Shown: in pieces, positions 12,836 to 26,874 of the stretch | Position numbering within the stretch: the first letter of the stretch is position 1 | Layout of the letters: each line of letters starts with the position of its first letter | Assembly (NCBI GenBank): GCA_030265395.1 | Contig: JARFYF010000060.1 | Span: forward strand, 20,496,502 to 20,560,501 | Source: Rhina ancylostomus | Taxonomy: Eukaryota | Length of the DNA: 64,000 bases | Direction of reading: 5' to 3' | Position numbers and translations under genes: made by a program | The notes under the pieces: model-generated | What the model was told of the DNA's origin: nothing | Databases searched by the model: none | The model's input: the letters and a program-made list of their open reading frames with translations, nothing else

Positions 12836-13594
12836 CGTCATTGTGAAACGTGAGTAAACCATGTTTCTTCCAAAATGACCTCTAAATATCTTCCCTTTAA
12901 GTTGCTGAATGAGAGTCTTTCCAGATAGTTTATTCCATATCTCTTCTGGTTAAAAATATTCTTCCTTGGGATTACATTTGCAAAAGAAATTTGTTCCTGG
13001 TGATGAATTATTTAAGTACTGCTTTAAATCCAGCACCCTTCTGGGGTTGGGATGGAGAAAGGATTTTGCGAAGGCCCCACAATCATACTGTAAAATCCAG
13101 AGCACATGCTTCAGATAACCCTAAATCCCACAATTCCACTCCCTAAACAAGGACATGTACAGCAATTTTATTCAGGAAAAAAAATTCTTTTAATCTTAGG
13201 TGGGATAGACTGGTAAAGAATATTATCCACATTTAATTTTAATTTTTAACATCTTTGTACAGCGTTTATATATAAATTCAGATTGTCTCAAAACCATTCA
13301 CAATAGAATTCTCAGCCTTGGAATCTAATTTTTTGGCAGTGCCTCTTATTTACCACACCAATTATATTATAGGATGGTTGGGATCAATTGGGACTTCACC
13401 CTATCAGAAGAGCTATTTAACATATTGTATTGTACCATATTGTAACATGCTGAGATGGTGGGGAGAGGAAGAGTCGTAGAGCTATACAGCACAGAAAAGA
13501 GGCCCTTCAGTCCAACTTGTCCATGCTGACCAAGTTGCCTTAATGGAGCTTGTCTCACTCTACTGCAAATTTACTCTAAACTTACTTTACATGC

Positions 13595-14322
13595 ATCTGT
13601 CTACATCAATGGTGCTGAGGTCCAGAGGGTTGAGAGCTTCAAGTTGCTTGGAGTGAATATCACCAATAGCCTGTCCTGGTCCAACCATGTAGATGCCATG
13701 GCCAAGAAAGTTCACCAGTGCCTCTACTTTCTCAGGAGGCTAAAGAAATTTAACATGTCTCCTTTGACACTCACCAACTTCTATCGATGCACCATAGAAA
13801 GCATCCTATCTGGATGCATCACAGCTTGGTACAGCAACTGCTCTGTCCAGGACCGCAAGAAACTGCAGACAGTTGTGGACAGAGCCTAGTGCATCACATA
13901 AATCAGCTTCCCCTCCATGGACTCTGTCTATACCTCTTGGTGCCTTGGTGAAGCAGCCAGCATAATCAAAGACTCCACCCACCCGGGTCATTCTCTCTTC
14001 TCTCCTCTCCCATCAGGNNNNNNNNNNNNNNNNNNNNNNNNNNNNNNNNNNNNNNNNNNNNNNNNNNNNNNNNNNNNNNNNNNNNNNNNNNNNNNNNNNN
14101 NNNNNNNNNNNNNNNNNNNNNNNNNNNNNNNNNNNNNNNNNNNNNNNNNNNNNNNNNNNNNNNNNNNNNNNNNNNNNNNNNNNNNNNNNNNNNNNNNNNN
14201 NNNNNNNNNNNNNNNNNNNNNNNNNNNNNNNNNNNNNNNNNNNNNNNNNNNNNNNNNNNNNNNNNNNNNCAAGTTTTTCATCGTACCACAGTACATGTGA
14301 CAATAATAAACCAATAACAATA
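13595..14322 (+). mobile_element. Rex/Babar-type non-LTR retrotransposon 3' fragment (RT C-terminus, DUF1891-like region, tail), spans gap
   Basis: LGVNITNSLSWSNHVDAMAKKVHQCLYFLRRLKKF...FYRCTIESILSGCITAWY; in-frame stop near 13889; tail gtacatgtgacaataataaacc. Confidence 0.85.
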
Positions 14323-15654
14323 CTTTTGTATCTCTTCCTCTTGGTCAGGTTGTTAGTTAGAATGGCTACTGCAGATAAGCTAGGTATATTCCAAGAAAGT
14401 TAAGAAATCTTGTGCAAAGCTGCAGAAATAAATGTAAAATTGTTACTTCAAAAATTGGCATTGGTCTGAAAGAAGTTCATCTGGCAGAGTATTGAGCCAT
14501 GGAATCCAAGAAGGTCCCAGGTGCCGTTGGTGGATTGTGCCAAGATGCATGATCCCAGCTAATAGCAATGGCCACGTTGTCCCTGGCTATGAAGGAGGAA
14601 AGATAAGCCAGGTGATTACTGTCCAATCTCTGCTGAAAGTAGCCTATGTTGATTCCCGTGGGGTTCTTAACTGAGCAGTATGGCAACATTTGTCTTACTG
14701 TGAATAGGCCCTTGTAGTAACCAAGGCTTGCATTTCTGTGATACCTTCACTTCTTCAATGTCCCAAAGCACATTATGGCAAATTTCATACTTCAGAACTA
14801 CAGTCACTGTGAAGCAGGGGGATGCAGCAGCCAATGTGCACGCAGCAATCTGCTACCTAGAGAAGTATAGCAATGATCAGAGAATGTGATTTATTGAGGT
14901 TTTATGATGGACAACAAGGACATGAGAGAGCTCCCCTATTTGGGGATGATTTTACAGTTGTAACTATNNNNNNNNNNNNNNNNNNNNNNNNNNNNNNNNN
15001 NNNNNNNNNNNNNNNNNNNNNNNNNNNNNNNNNNNNNNNNNNNNNNNNNNNNNNNNNNNNNNNNNNNAAAGCAGAGTTACATGTTTGCATTCTTTTTTGT
15101 CCTGTTGAGATTATATTTAACACCCCCTTGCTCTTTAAAATTGCTTTGTCCCATGGAAATAATGCTGATTTGCACTAGTTATTTTAAAGTGTTGCTATTT
15201 TTGTCTCCACATCTATTTTCTTTGACTTTAGTTTCTCCTCCTGCGTCACAGCTCATGCTCGACCCGAAGGATGCGTGTGGAAACTATCCCCCGAGCCTCT
15301 CTGTTAAAGTCGCTCTCAAGCTGCCTGATGGCAGTGAGCAAGAGAGCAGCATCAGTTCAGCCCTCGTCCCCAGGGGGAGGGAGTCCTTTGCTTCCTTTCA
15401 CACCTCAACAACAACTGGCATTCATGCGCTGCTCTCAACCTGGTACCGGGTCCCAAGGCACGTCACAGGAAACCTCTCAAATGAAATCTGGCACCGGACC
15501 TCATGGCAGGTACTAGGACAGTTGGTCAAAGGAACAGATTTTAAGGAGCAGCCGATATAGAAGAACAGAGAATCAGAAAAAGAAATCCACCTCCTGGGCT
15601 AAGGCAGGTGAAGCCTTGGCTGCAATAGCGGAGTGATGAAACGTGGGAATGTAC

Positions 15655-15960
15655 CCCTTTTCTCCCCGGGTAGAAATATCAAATACTAGAGGACGTGCAT
15701 TTAAGGTGAGAGGGGGAAAGTTTAATGATGTGAGGGGGAAGTTTTTTTTTACCCAGTGTGGTGGGTGTCTGGAACAGTCTGCCAGGGGTAGTGGTGGAAG
15801 CAGATATGATAGTGGTGTTTAAGAAGCTGTTGGACTGACACATGAATATTGCAGGGAATGGAGGGATATGGATTATGTACAGGCAGAAGATTTGGCATTG
15901 GGTTCGGCACAAGACATCGTGGGCTGAAGGGCCTGTTCCTGGGCCATACTGTTCTATGTA
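15655..15960 (+). mobile_element. CR1 LINE 3' end
   Basis: actagaggacgtgcatttaaggtgagagggggaaag...gggctgaagggcctgttc...tgttctatg. Confidence 0.8.
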
Positions 15961-16777
15961 CTGGAGAACAATTAATGTCTGTGAAGCAGGAACCCAGTAA
16001 AAGCAACAGACTTGCGGAGAGGAAATTGTTTTTATTTTTGAGGAATATTAGGAAATGACCAAGACACATCGATGAACCTTAACCAAGATTCAAGAGACTA
16101 GTCAATTAAAGTAGAATACGTTATGAATGGGCGAGTCTAAGCAAGGGTCCTTAAAAGCCGCTGAGCTGTAGGAAGACGGAAAGGCTGGGATCCTGGAAAA
16201 GAATGAATTCTGAGTGAAAGTCAATGCAAGAATTTCAACAGAGGAAGGATGTGGGGAGATGATGACAAACGTATTTAGTGCTTGGAAGGAGTGGAGGGAA
16301 GTTCAAAGGAGCGTTGAGCACAGAGATGTCACTAAAGATGAGAGAAGTGATGACAGTTGGAAACTGGAGGTGAGGGGAGGTCCCAAACACACAACATGCC
16401 TTTACTTGGATCCTGACTGAGAGGAAACAAGATATGTTATGTATATATAAAATAAATTTGTAAAGCAGTTTTTTTGTAGAGGTGTATTTACCAAAGAAAA
16501 TGATCAGGGAAGACTGTGGGGGTGAAAATGGGCCATAATATTTGAACTCTGGGGAAATTCCTGAGCAAAAAAGATTCTCTCTCTGTTTAAAAGTGGATGT
16601 TCTTCTGTTGCGTTTGTGCTTGGTGTTTTGCATCTGGTATTTTAACCTATGAAGCCACTGACTAATGGTCACCTTGGGAAAACATTGCACAGTCAACCTC
16701 TGCACTTTTTCAGGAATGTTGGCATTCAGTCTCGTGTTTTTATTTTGCCTGATATTCACTGCTGACTCTCCGGAGAG

Positions 16778-16945
16778 AGAACACGCAGTCCTGGCCTTTG
16801 AAAATTGGCACATTGAGTGAGGTTTTGAATCTGATAAGAGATACTGTAAATAAACAGTGGAGCACAGCATGCAGTGCCCAGTGTCTGTACTCACTGTACT
16901 AGTGCCTTGCTTTTCTTGGTACAATGTCATAGTACAGAATGTACT
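16778..16945. promoter_or_regulatory. Candidate steroid-hormone (GR/AR/PR/MR) responsive intronic enhancer
   Basis: Perfect IR3 AGTACAgaaTGTACT 16931-16945; second site AGAACAcgcAGTCCT 16778-16792; forkhead TGTAAATAAACA 16845-16856; GATA ctgataag 16831; NFI-type ttggca half-site. Context looks non-repetitive. Confidence 0.45.
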
Positions 16946-19094
16946 TCCTATAAATATTGCACAAGACCATTCAGGCAGAGTGTTGTTTTCTTTCTTCATA
17001 CAACTAAAAACTCGAGGAATCTTGCATAAACATTATCCTGAATTATCCAGCTTTTTACTTGCAACAGTGCCAAGATTCCAGTTTGGTAAACAATGGTCAA
17101 GAAATGTTCTGCTCTTTTTATTGTGGTTTTATTTGTTTCTTCCTCTTTACTCAGCCCAGTCCTGCTCCAATATTTTGTTCTCTTGCACTTCTCCAAGGTC
17201 TTTGGTTTATGGGATACCACTAATGCTCCCTTAACTCTGTGTCTCCTTGTTCTCGAGTTAGTGTTGAAGTGAATGCTGATCTTTTATTCTCTGGAGTTCA
17301 GCAAAATACTCCAGGAAGAGCTAGAATGTGAAACCCACTTCAAATAGTTGAGGGCGATATCATTTTAAGGGAAAGTTGGAGAGCAAATGAGGGGAAATGA
17401 ACCAGTGGACATGTTGTTTGGGGTGAGATGAAGCAGAGTGGGCGGATATCAACACTGACCACTTGGGCTGATTGGCTTGTTAATTCTCATCACAGCTAAA
17501 TCCAGTCAGCTGTGTACTTGGGCTATAATTGGGAACGTGTTCAAGTTTCCCCATAGACTTTTGCTGCTCTTTGGGTGAGTTGGACCAACTTGGCATTCAC
17601 CAGATTTCAATCCTGTGACTTTCTAGTCGAAATTGCACCATTGGATATATGGGGCCCACTGGAAATGGGATACCAGACCATCGCATTCCAAAGTTCAGCA
17701 CCTCCATGAGTGCAGCACTCCTGCAGTGCTTTACTGGAGTGCCAGTGTCAATTAGTGGTTCTCATTCTATTAGCTTTAGTGGGCCACACTTGCGGCTCTT
17801 AATGTCTTGTATGGCCCACTCTCAACATCTATTTAAAGAGAATATTTATCTGCTATTTGACGGTTGTGCAATACAAATTAACATTGCATAACACCTGAAT
17901 TTTTCTGTACTGTCAAATGGCAACCAAGAGCATTTTAAGTGAACAAACAACTATGTAGAAGTATAGCAACCATTAAAATAAATCTGGACCACACCAGAGT
18001 ACTGACCAGGGCACAGATTGGGAACCACTGGCCTAGAATATGTGGTGAAGTCTGTAGAATGGGACTCTAACCCACAAAGTTCAGAGTGAGAGTCACTCTG
18101 CCACAGTGGACACTGGTAGTAATAGTGGTGGGCTCTGAGAAAGAGTCGTGTCTTGGCTGGTTGAGGATCCTGGGGAAGTATTTACACTTTACATTTCATG
18201 TAACAAAGAGAGAGAAATACATTCATTTATAAATATTTAATGTAAGACACAGGAACTTTCTCCCACCTTGCAATTTTCCATTCATTCAGGAGCTCATTGA
18301 AATGTTGTTTTGTGTGGGGAAAAGTTTTTTTTGTAGCTAATGCAAGACAGGAAAGCTTTTTGTGTATTTGGAAAACTAATGTGTACACAAATATAAATAC
18401 TTGCTTGTGTCAAAAGGTTGATAGGAAATAGGCAGCATTTATTACAATTGAGCTGACCATCTAACTCTGGCTAATGTGTTTGTGATTGGTTGCTGTTTAC
18501 CTACATCCTCCAAGTACTGGCTGACTTGATAGTGGTTCTAATTCTTGGAGGTTGTGGGTTTCACACTAGGTGGTGTTCAGAAGTCAGAATTGAGCCTGCG
18601 GGTCTCCTTCAGAATTTATTGAGTGCTACTTGTTGAGCAGAGTTTGGAAAGAAAGTGGTCGAGACTTGACATTAACACAGATAATTGCACTCGAAATATT
18701 GAAGTGGGAGATCCACAATATTTATCAATTTGGTAATGGCTGATAAGGACGCCTGCCATTTAAGGAGGTTCTGGTCCAGTGATTCATCTTTAGACTCTCC
18801 AAATATGTAATCTATTTTTCTTTCAAGGCCATTGGAGGTTCTACTAATTAGTAATTAATACCAAAACACAGGCTCATTTAATAAACAAACATTGCGCGTG
18901 GCAGCCAGTCAGATTTGCTCACCAGTCAGGCTTGCAGTCTGATTAGATTTTATTGTGCATGCCTTTCAGCTGATCTGACATTTCACTGTGTACAGATGTA
19001 CAGCACATTCTTGTTATCTTTACTGCCTCTCACATTTTTATTCAATACTTGCACAAAGGTTAAGAATGGTTGCAGGCAGCACTGGTCAGATTAC

Positions 19095-19209
19095 ATAGTA
19101 CATAGAACAGTACAGCGCCACACAGGCCCTTTGGCCCACAATGTTGTGTCGACCTTTAAACCTCGCCTAAGACTATCTAACCCCTTCCTCCCACATATCC
19201 CTCTATTTT
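19095..19209 (-). mobile_element. Young CR1 3' tail
   Basis: catagaacagtacagc...ggcccacaatgttgtgtcgacc; near-identical reverse complement of 53115-53221. Confidence 0.8.
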
Positions 19210-20559
19210 NNNNNNNNNNNNNNNNNNNNNNNNNNNNNNNNNNNNNNNNNNNNNNNNNNNNNNNNNNNNNNNNNNNNNNNNNNNNNNNNNNNNNNNNNNN
19301 NNNNNNNNNAATAAAACCCCCTGTGGTATTTTGCAATAGTGAGTAGTTAATATTGCGGTCAGAGATATCAAGCTGGTTTTATAGCTGTTGTGTTCAGTTG
19401 TTGATCAGTCTAACATTGTATAGAAACAAATAGTGGATTGTGGTAAACTGGTGTTATATCCTGATGCTGTCATCTACATTATTTTGAAATACATATTCTC
19501 TAAGATATTTCCAATGAGAGATTGTTGTATCACAGAATTTAGTAATATTCAAAAGGAAAGCACAGGAGCACAAGTGTACCTCCCTCGCACATGCTACTGA
19601 TGTTAAAGGAAACAAAACCTCTTGCATCGCTGCATAACCTCACATGAGAAGGTGAGTGTAAAGTCTGTGAGCACAGTGATTCCTCACTGCAGTAAGTACA
19701 GCCTTTTATGCATGAGGAGCTGAAAGTTTATACACTGTCACTCTGAAACTTTCCACAAAATATTGTTGTAACCCAGCAAGTAGTTCATCATATGACACAA
19801 TCCTTAAAAGGGTGACCACTTTATTAAACAAGCAGTCTTTATGACCTCTTACATATACCACAACAAGATAGCTGGAATTTTGTGCAGTTGGCTGGTTCAC
19901 GGCTGAACGCTCTCAGTGCTCTGAACCAGTCAGCAGCCCTGGGCTTGTAAGGTTCGCGTGGATTTTCAGCACTGAACTGGTATCATGGAAGAAGAATTAT
20001 GTCAGCTGCTGCTATCTCAACAGGGTACTTGGAGAATGGTTGTAGGTGACATGAGGTTGTAGAAGTGCAAACTCCAGACATTACCAGAGATCAGAATTGA
20101 ACCCGGCCTACTGGAGCTGTGGGGCTTACAAGCTGGGCACTTTTGCTCACGTCAGTGGGATGAGAGGACATCGAGCCAGAGTGGAGAAATAAAGATTGAC
20201 ATGAGAAACTACATTAGAACAGTGGGTGGTCTTTGAGGACGAAGTGTTTAGGTACATTCCCACAAGAGGGAACTAAAGTCACGACTCCTTGGATAACAAG
20301 AAGATAGAAAAAGATATGAAACAAAAAAACCAAGCATATACCCATGTCTGGTGAATTTCTCAAGAAAGAACCAAGTTGAATATGATAAGTTGGGAGGGGA
20401 AGTGGGTTGTCTCAGTGGGGATGTGGAGGGTGGGAAATGAAAGTGGATAATGAAAAAGGGCTCTCCACAGTTTATCCTTGTTTGGAAGTCTTGATAAGAA
20501 TGAGGTTTGCAGGAAAATGTTAGGCAGTCTTTTGAAATGGGCAGAGGGAGGATCATTTG

Positions 20560-21270
20560 ATGGCTTGGGTCTTTGACAGGCCTGGGCTGACCACTGTCCA
20601 GTCCTTGAAGCTGTTGTTTCCTCCTGGTCAGACATGATGTTCAATGACTTTGCCATTGCCGAGTCCATCACTGGTCATATCCCAAAGATTGTTGTGCAGC
20701 AGAAACTAGGTTGGGCCTGGCCCAAAAATATTGGGCTGCAGGAGTGGATCAGAGGCCAGGTATCCTTAATGAATGACCTGCCACCTGACATCCCAAGGCA
20801 CTCTACAAGGCACGTCAGGAGCACAATGGCATACTGCCCCTTTGTCCAAATGAGTGCAGTTCCAGAAACACTCAAGAAGTTCAACATCATCCGTGACACC
20901 GCAACCCATTTGATTGTCACCTCAGTCACATCCTGGAATGTTTACTTCCTCCACCACTGGCACAAGGACTGCAGTGTGTATTGTCTAATGTCTACACTTA
21001 CCCAGCCGTTCCTACACAACTCTCAAACCTGCAACCTCTCCAAGAAGGGCAAGGCAGCAGATGAATGGAACACTACCATCTACACGTTCCCCTCCAAATG
21101 ACTTGGAAATGCTGTTTTTTCATTATAGTTGAGACTAAATCCTGGAACTATCTAACCAATAACTATCTAACCAATTCTGGGAATGATTTCATCAAGGCTG
21201 TGGCAGTTCAAGGAGGTAGCTCGGTATCACCTTCTCAAGGACAGTTGAGGATCACCTTTGCAGCCAGGGT
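20560..21270 (+). mobile_element. Old non-LTR retrotransposon (CR1/L2 group) 3' remnant
   Basis: Degenerate VRSTMAYCPFVQMSAVPETLKKFNIIRDTATHLI; homologous to 26230-26872. Confidence 0.65.
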
Positions 21271-23444
21271 CAGATGATGGAAAATGAACGGATAGTAGTC
21301 TGCTCCCAGCCATTCTGTTTTAATGTGCAAATTGCATAAGAGCCATTTTGTGCATGGCTTATTGCGATAGTGATTTCCTGTTGAAACCCTGCCCTTTGCA
21401 CTGGGTGCTTTCAGGAATGGCTGGCCTTTTTCTGGTGCCATGCAAAAACAACATAGTTATGTGCAATGTCTATTCCTGCCTTACTAACCACAAATGGAGC
21501 AATAATATGCGATCTGCAGCCATTGTTCTTAAACCCAAGTGAAAGGAGGGGTAAACCCAGTAACAAGTCGACAAGCAGAGGAGAATGAAAGGGTCTCCAC
21601 TGGGACATTGATATACAGCTGTCTGCATTTGCTAGCATGAGCTTGCAAAGTTTAATGTTCACACAGCATTGTTGAGTCTCTTGGCATTACTTGCGATCTC
21701 TGCACAGGGCTTGTCGGTAGCGAGGGGGCCACGTGCAACACAGGATTTGATCTGCATTGATAATCATTGGGTGAGGATGTGATAAGGTTTGGTCTTGTAC
21801 TGGAGCCACATCATTCCTTCACCTCCATGGCACGTTGCGCCTGCTGTACTCTGGCTCCCATCTAGAAAGCACTTTAAGACTGAGACCTCCTTCCCATGAT
21901 TTCTAGTGATCACGACGGGCTGCTGTTGGCCCTAACTCTGCAGACTCCACCTTTAATGGAACAAATCTCTGAAATCCACCATAACAAGTCCCNNNNNNNN
22001 NNNTTTCCCAATTTTGTGGAGGGGTGTCATTTTCTGATTGGTGTGAGCACTACATGTGACAGCTGTCTGCAAACGAAAGGAAGTTGGAATCCAGTGACTT
22101 GGCCACTATTTTAATAAAATTATGTTTTCAAAATTAAATTAAATCATTTACTCAAACAAATTAAATAATTAAATAATTTGAATTAACTTGTTTAAGTAAT
22201 AAATAAAGGAAATTACCATGGGCTTCAGTCTACAGTCATTCCTTCCAGTGGATGGAATTATTTCAAATTTTATTTCTGATTTCTGCAGTTAGATTGGAAG
22301 TTAATAATAGGGCATTGTAAAATGCCGACAGGGAATGAGATTAGGGTGGGATACTACAACCACCTCAACCCATTCTGGTACATAACTCATTCTACCATTA
22401 ACCCATTCCACCTGCAAGGTCCAGAAGAATATGAGGCTGAGATGATGATAATTTCCATCGGCAGATTGCATTGCATCACTGTTAATTTTAAACTATTATG
22501 AACAACTCAATTATTATCAATTACTATTTTTGTTTCTGAAATACTCTTTAGTTCTAAGAGGATGTGTCTTTTGGGAGGGGCAAAATGAGATGGTGGGAGC
22601 AATGTTGGAAGGATTAACAATGAGAATAAATTAAGTGTTCTAAAGTTTTTTTTCATAAGTCTGGAAAATTTGAGGGAAAAATTGAGTAAGAAAACTCTGA
22701 GGAGAGTCGGGGACAATTCAGTATCAGGGATGTTGGGCTGAAGGTGATTACTGAGATAGTGTTATGGGGGGGAATTTAAAATGAGCATGAAAATTGTAGT
22801 CCATTCATCAGGACTGAGTACAAGTTAAATTCCCTCATCAGTGTACGTAGGACAAGATATTATGTCTTTACATTGAGAATTTCAAAATCGTGTAGAAAAA
22901 AAGTGCAGTGGGAGAGGGTTTGAAAGATGGGAGAAGGACTGTGACAGTTGACAGTTATGATCTGGGTTAACAGGTTTCTAAAAGAATAACTGTCTGTCGC
23001 TGTTCATAGAATGGTAATAATTCATGCTTTGGATGTTTATTTCAAGTCCGTGCTTTGAAATCAGATGACTGAACAAACTAAAGTGTAATGGATTGAAGTG
23101 TAATCAAAGAATTTGGGATTAACTAATATTTACTTGCAAAATGAATTAAATATTTAACTTGTATAGCATCAAGGAAAAAGTGGTATGTTCTGAATAATGC
23201 AATCATCCAGATATTGCAATTATTTGTAATGGTGATAAATCTCAGTACAAGTGATATTTTAATTCCTGCTTGTAATTCCAATTACTTGATGCAAAATGGG
23301 TTGTAACTAAGAATAGGAAAACTGTAAATCCCTCTGCTAGCTGGTTGATGTGAGAAATTTTGGATCAAGTAGTTTTAGTCCAACTTGCATCTTCCAGCTT
23401 GAGCTACAGCAGATTAATGTGCAACATAAAAATAAATAAATACT

Positions 23445-23650
23445 TGAATTATTACAGCACCTCTCATTTCCTCAAAGTGCTTTGCAACCAGTGAAATGCT
23501 TTTGAAATGTTAGTTCCTGTTGCAGTTTTGGAAATAGGACAGCTAGGTTTTGAACAGCAAGCTCCCACAAACTGCAGTATGGTGATGATTTCAGATTAAA
23601 TATTGCCCAGGACACTTGGAAGAATGTTGGTCTTCCTTGAAATTGTGCTA
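23445..23650 (-). mobile_element. DeuSINE-like fragment (further fragments near 14730, 24050, 33100, 63660)
   Basis: caaagtgctttgcaaccagtgaaatgcttttgaa...cagcaagctcccacaaac is the reverse Deu domain and tail. Confidence 0.6.
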
Positions 23651-26229
23651 TTGATATTGATGTGAAGGGACAATATTCAGTGAAGAAGGTCCAATACCCA
23701 CTCCCACACCCTTCTTTCCCCCCCCCCAACTGCCAACCTCTCCAATGCTTTTAGTGTCACTGTTGCAAAATAGGAATTGCTTGTCTTGATGTAATTTAAA
23801 AAAAAGATATCCTTTTTCATGCTCTGAGAGATACTTATTGAAAGCAATTATTAATTAAAAATTATTAACTGTGGTCAATTTGATTATCGTTAATTAGTTT
23901 GATAATAATGTAGATTTTGTAAATTCTGTATCCTCTCTGCTATCAATCCAGAATATTGTATTTATCTGAAAACTAACTGGAATAGAGTGCAATGTTTGAT
24001 CCTCAAGTGATTGTAAGTGGGAATCGTAAGGTTCCCTCTTCCTTTCATGATTTCAGGATGTCCCAAAAGGTTTTCCAGCCAATGAAGTCATTTTGAAGAG
24101 TAGCTATTGTTGCATTGTGGGAAATGCACACTACCAGCTCCCACAATGTGACAGTGATAAGGATAATAGGCAAGAAATTTGACCTTGGCTAAATTGTCCA
24201 TAGTGCTGGGTATTGGTTACTGCTTGTATTCACTTTAGTATCAACCTTTCCCAGTCCTAAAACTTTGTAGCAGTAACCGGATATCTGAGCCCATCCACCA
24301 TGTAACCTCTCCAGGCAAGTTTATATCCAGAGTTGAAACTAATTTGTGAAAATGGCCCAAATGGTCTTGGAATTGTTGAAGTAAATTTAATGTTTGAATA
24401 GAGTATGCCCTCCAGTCTCTCTCCACTTGCTCTCATTTGAATTAGCCTTGGATCCCTTACTAAGTATCCCACATTTGACCTTCTCTGCACAAATGGGTCC
24501 CAGTCCCACTGAAAATCATTTTGTAAATGTTCTTATGCTTTGTCCAAACATTTAGATGAAAGTAATGGGATCTACGTTTGCCAGAGCATGAGTTCAGAAA
24601 TCTGTGAAGCCTGCTTTAGATTACTTGCAGACTGCCGAGCATTAAGAAAAACAACCAAACGTGAATCCAAGCTGATGACTGAATCATCTGCTTTCCTTTA
24701 GTAGCAGATCTGCTTTCAACATTGGGGCACTTGATGCTACTCTTTCATTGTCAAACTCTGGTTACTTGAAGAAATAGGAGTTTGGCAATGAAAGGAAAGC
24801 ACCAATAATTATTGTTGGAGTGTAGGAAATATGACAGCCAAAATAAGCACAGCAAGCTTCCACAAGCAGCAACTGGATAACATGATATGTTTTCCCCAAT
24901 TATGTTTGTTGAAGGATAATTGTTCAGAGTGCTGGAATGATCACCTCTGATCTCAGAGTCAGAAAAAGTAATGGAGCACAGAAACAGGCCTTTCAGTCCA
25001 CCACTTTCATACTACCCTGGAAATAGTGGAATGCACACCTATCTCAGTTTTTGTATGACTTTTTTGGTACATCACTGGGTTGTCTGTCTAGACCCCGGAG
25101 TGGGACTTGAACCCACAATTCTGAGTCTATGGTGAGAGTGTTTACTAGCTGAGCCCTGGCTATCTCCAGCACAGATTAGCACAGATTAGACTGCACATGC
25201 ATGAAGGCAAAGAGGAAACAACATATCTTTTACTGTACCTTTTATTTTTCTGTTTAACCACTTCAAGTTTAGGGTGGATTTCATCTTTAACAAAGGTAAA
25301 AGTTCTTTAGCCATGATGATTTTATCTGATACCACACCTCCAATATTAAACACACAAACACCTTTTACATTTTCAGTGTTAGATAACTGATTCTTTTTTG
25401 TTTTTTGATCCTGTCTCGTTCAGCTGTGTCTGGAGACTATTTTCTATCAGTCTGCACCTCTAATACTTTTCACTCTGGTTTTCACTGAGAGCGTTGGTTT
25501 GCTGATCAGTTAGCCACCGTTGAGCTTGGAAACAAAGCTCATTTATTCATTTTACAATTCTTTTGATAATCACATCTACTAACACCACACCTTTTAACCT
25601 TGCAGTGTTTGTAGAATTGTGCAGTGTTTAATTTATAATTCGCCTCTTCATATTTTGCTGATCACCTGGAAAGAGACCAGACTTCATTTAACAATTTTTA
25701 TCTGATAGTTCAACATTACTTATTCTATTTTGGCCCATTCTCAAGTGGTGAAACATTGTCCTGCTGTGAAGAGGTGTTCCTCTGTGGGAGCTGAGTGTTA
25801 ACCCTTGAGCTGCTGGGGCATCTAGTGGTCCTTGCTGTCTGTAGATGAAGGATTGGTTAAGATTTGGTTGTGTCCTTGGGTGTATAATCAATTGCACTAA
25901 TCTGAACTCCACTGGAAGTGAAGTACTTGAAATTTCTCTCTTACCCGACCCAACCATCCTTGTAAATCTAATGATCGCAAGCTTGCTATTGATCAATCTA
26001 AGGATAAAACACCCAATATTGATCAAGAAAACATGCAGTAATGCTGAGCGAATGTCCTGATCTGGATTAAGTTCTCTGCCTGGTTGGTATGGCATGACCA
26101 GACCAAACCCAGATGTCTCATCACAATATACACCCAACCTGAACTGATTGTGGTTGGACTCAGGCTAAGTAACTTGGCTCTAGTTCANNNNNNNNNNTAG
26201 ACATCTTTGGAACTACACAGACCCATCAG

Positions 26230-26872
26230 TTGTGTAAAAATAGTTATGAAATTCATTGAAGATCATGCAAGTCCAATTTAGGATGTGGAACTACATTGCT
26301 CACTCCCTTGCCATCAGCATCCAAGGGGTTACTGATCAGAAACTCAATTGGAGCAGCCATAAATATACTTTGGTTAACAGAACTGTTGGGTATACTATGG
26401 TGAGGAATTTGCCTCTCGACACCACAAATTCTTTCTGCCATTTGCAAGTCAGATGTGTGAAGGAATATTCTCCAATTGCCTGCATGAGTGGAACTGTAAC
26501 AACGCTCAAGCAATTCAATGCTATCTGCTTGATTGGCACTAGATCAGCTATCCTAAAACATTCGTTCCCTTCACAACCAGCACACAGTGGCAGCCATGTA
26601 TACTGTTGATAAAATGCACTGCAGTTACTCACCCAGGCTGCTCGGGCAGCACCTCCCAAACCTGCAACCTCTACTGCCAAGGACAAGGGCAGCAGGCACA
26701 TGGAAACATCATCTTCTGTAGTATCCCTCCAAGCTGCACTCCATTCTCGTTTGGAAATATAGCACAGCTCGTTCATTATTGCTGGGTTTAAATTCTGGAA
26801 TGACCTCCCCATAGCACTGGGTTTACCTTCACCAGAAGAAGTGAGATAATTCAAGAAGGTGGCTCACCACCT
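26230..26872 (+). mobile_element. Old non-LTR retrotransposon 3' remnant (same family as 20560)
   Basis: GVTDQKLNWSSH...VRCVKEYSPIACMSGTVTTLKQFNAI; shared tail ttcaagaaggtggctcaccacc. Confidence 0.65.
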
Positions 26873-26874
26873 TT

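Noticed and set aside
15081-15560. 159-aa ORF with acceptor-like site near 15251 (LMLDPKDACG...KLPDGSEQE)
   Set aside because: No recognisable domain, and the 3' half runs into an antisense L2/DeuSINE-type tail; probably a chance ORF.
16235-16999. 254-aa minus-strand ORF
   Set aside because: No domain similarity or coding-like composition recognised; it overlaps a decayed repeat and enhancer-like sequence.
21146-21176. Short tandem duplications (aactatctaaccaat x2; similar ones near 9127, 25168, 47713, 54108)
   Set aside because: Ordinary two-copy slippage duplications without spacers; not CRISPR-like or satellite arrays.
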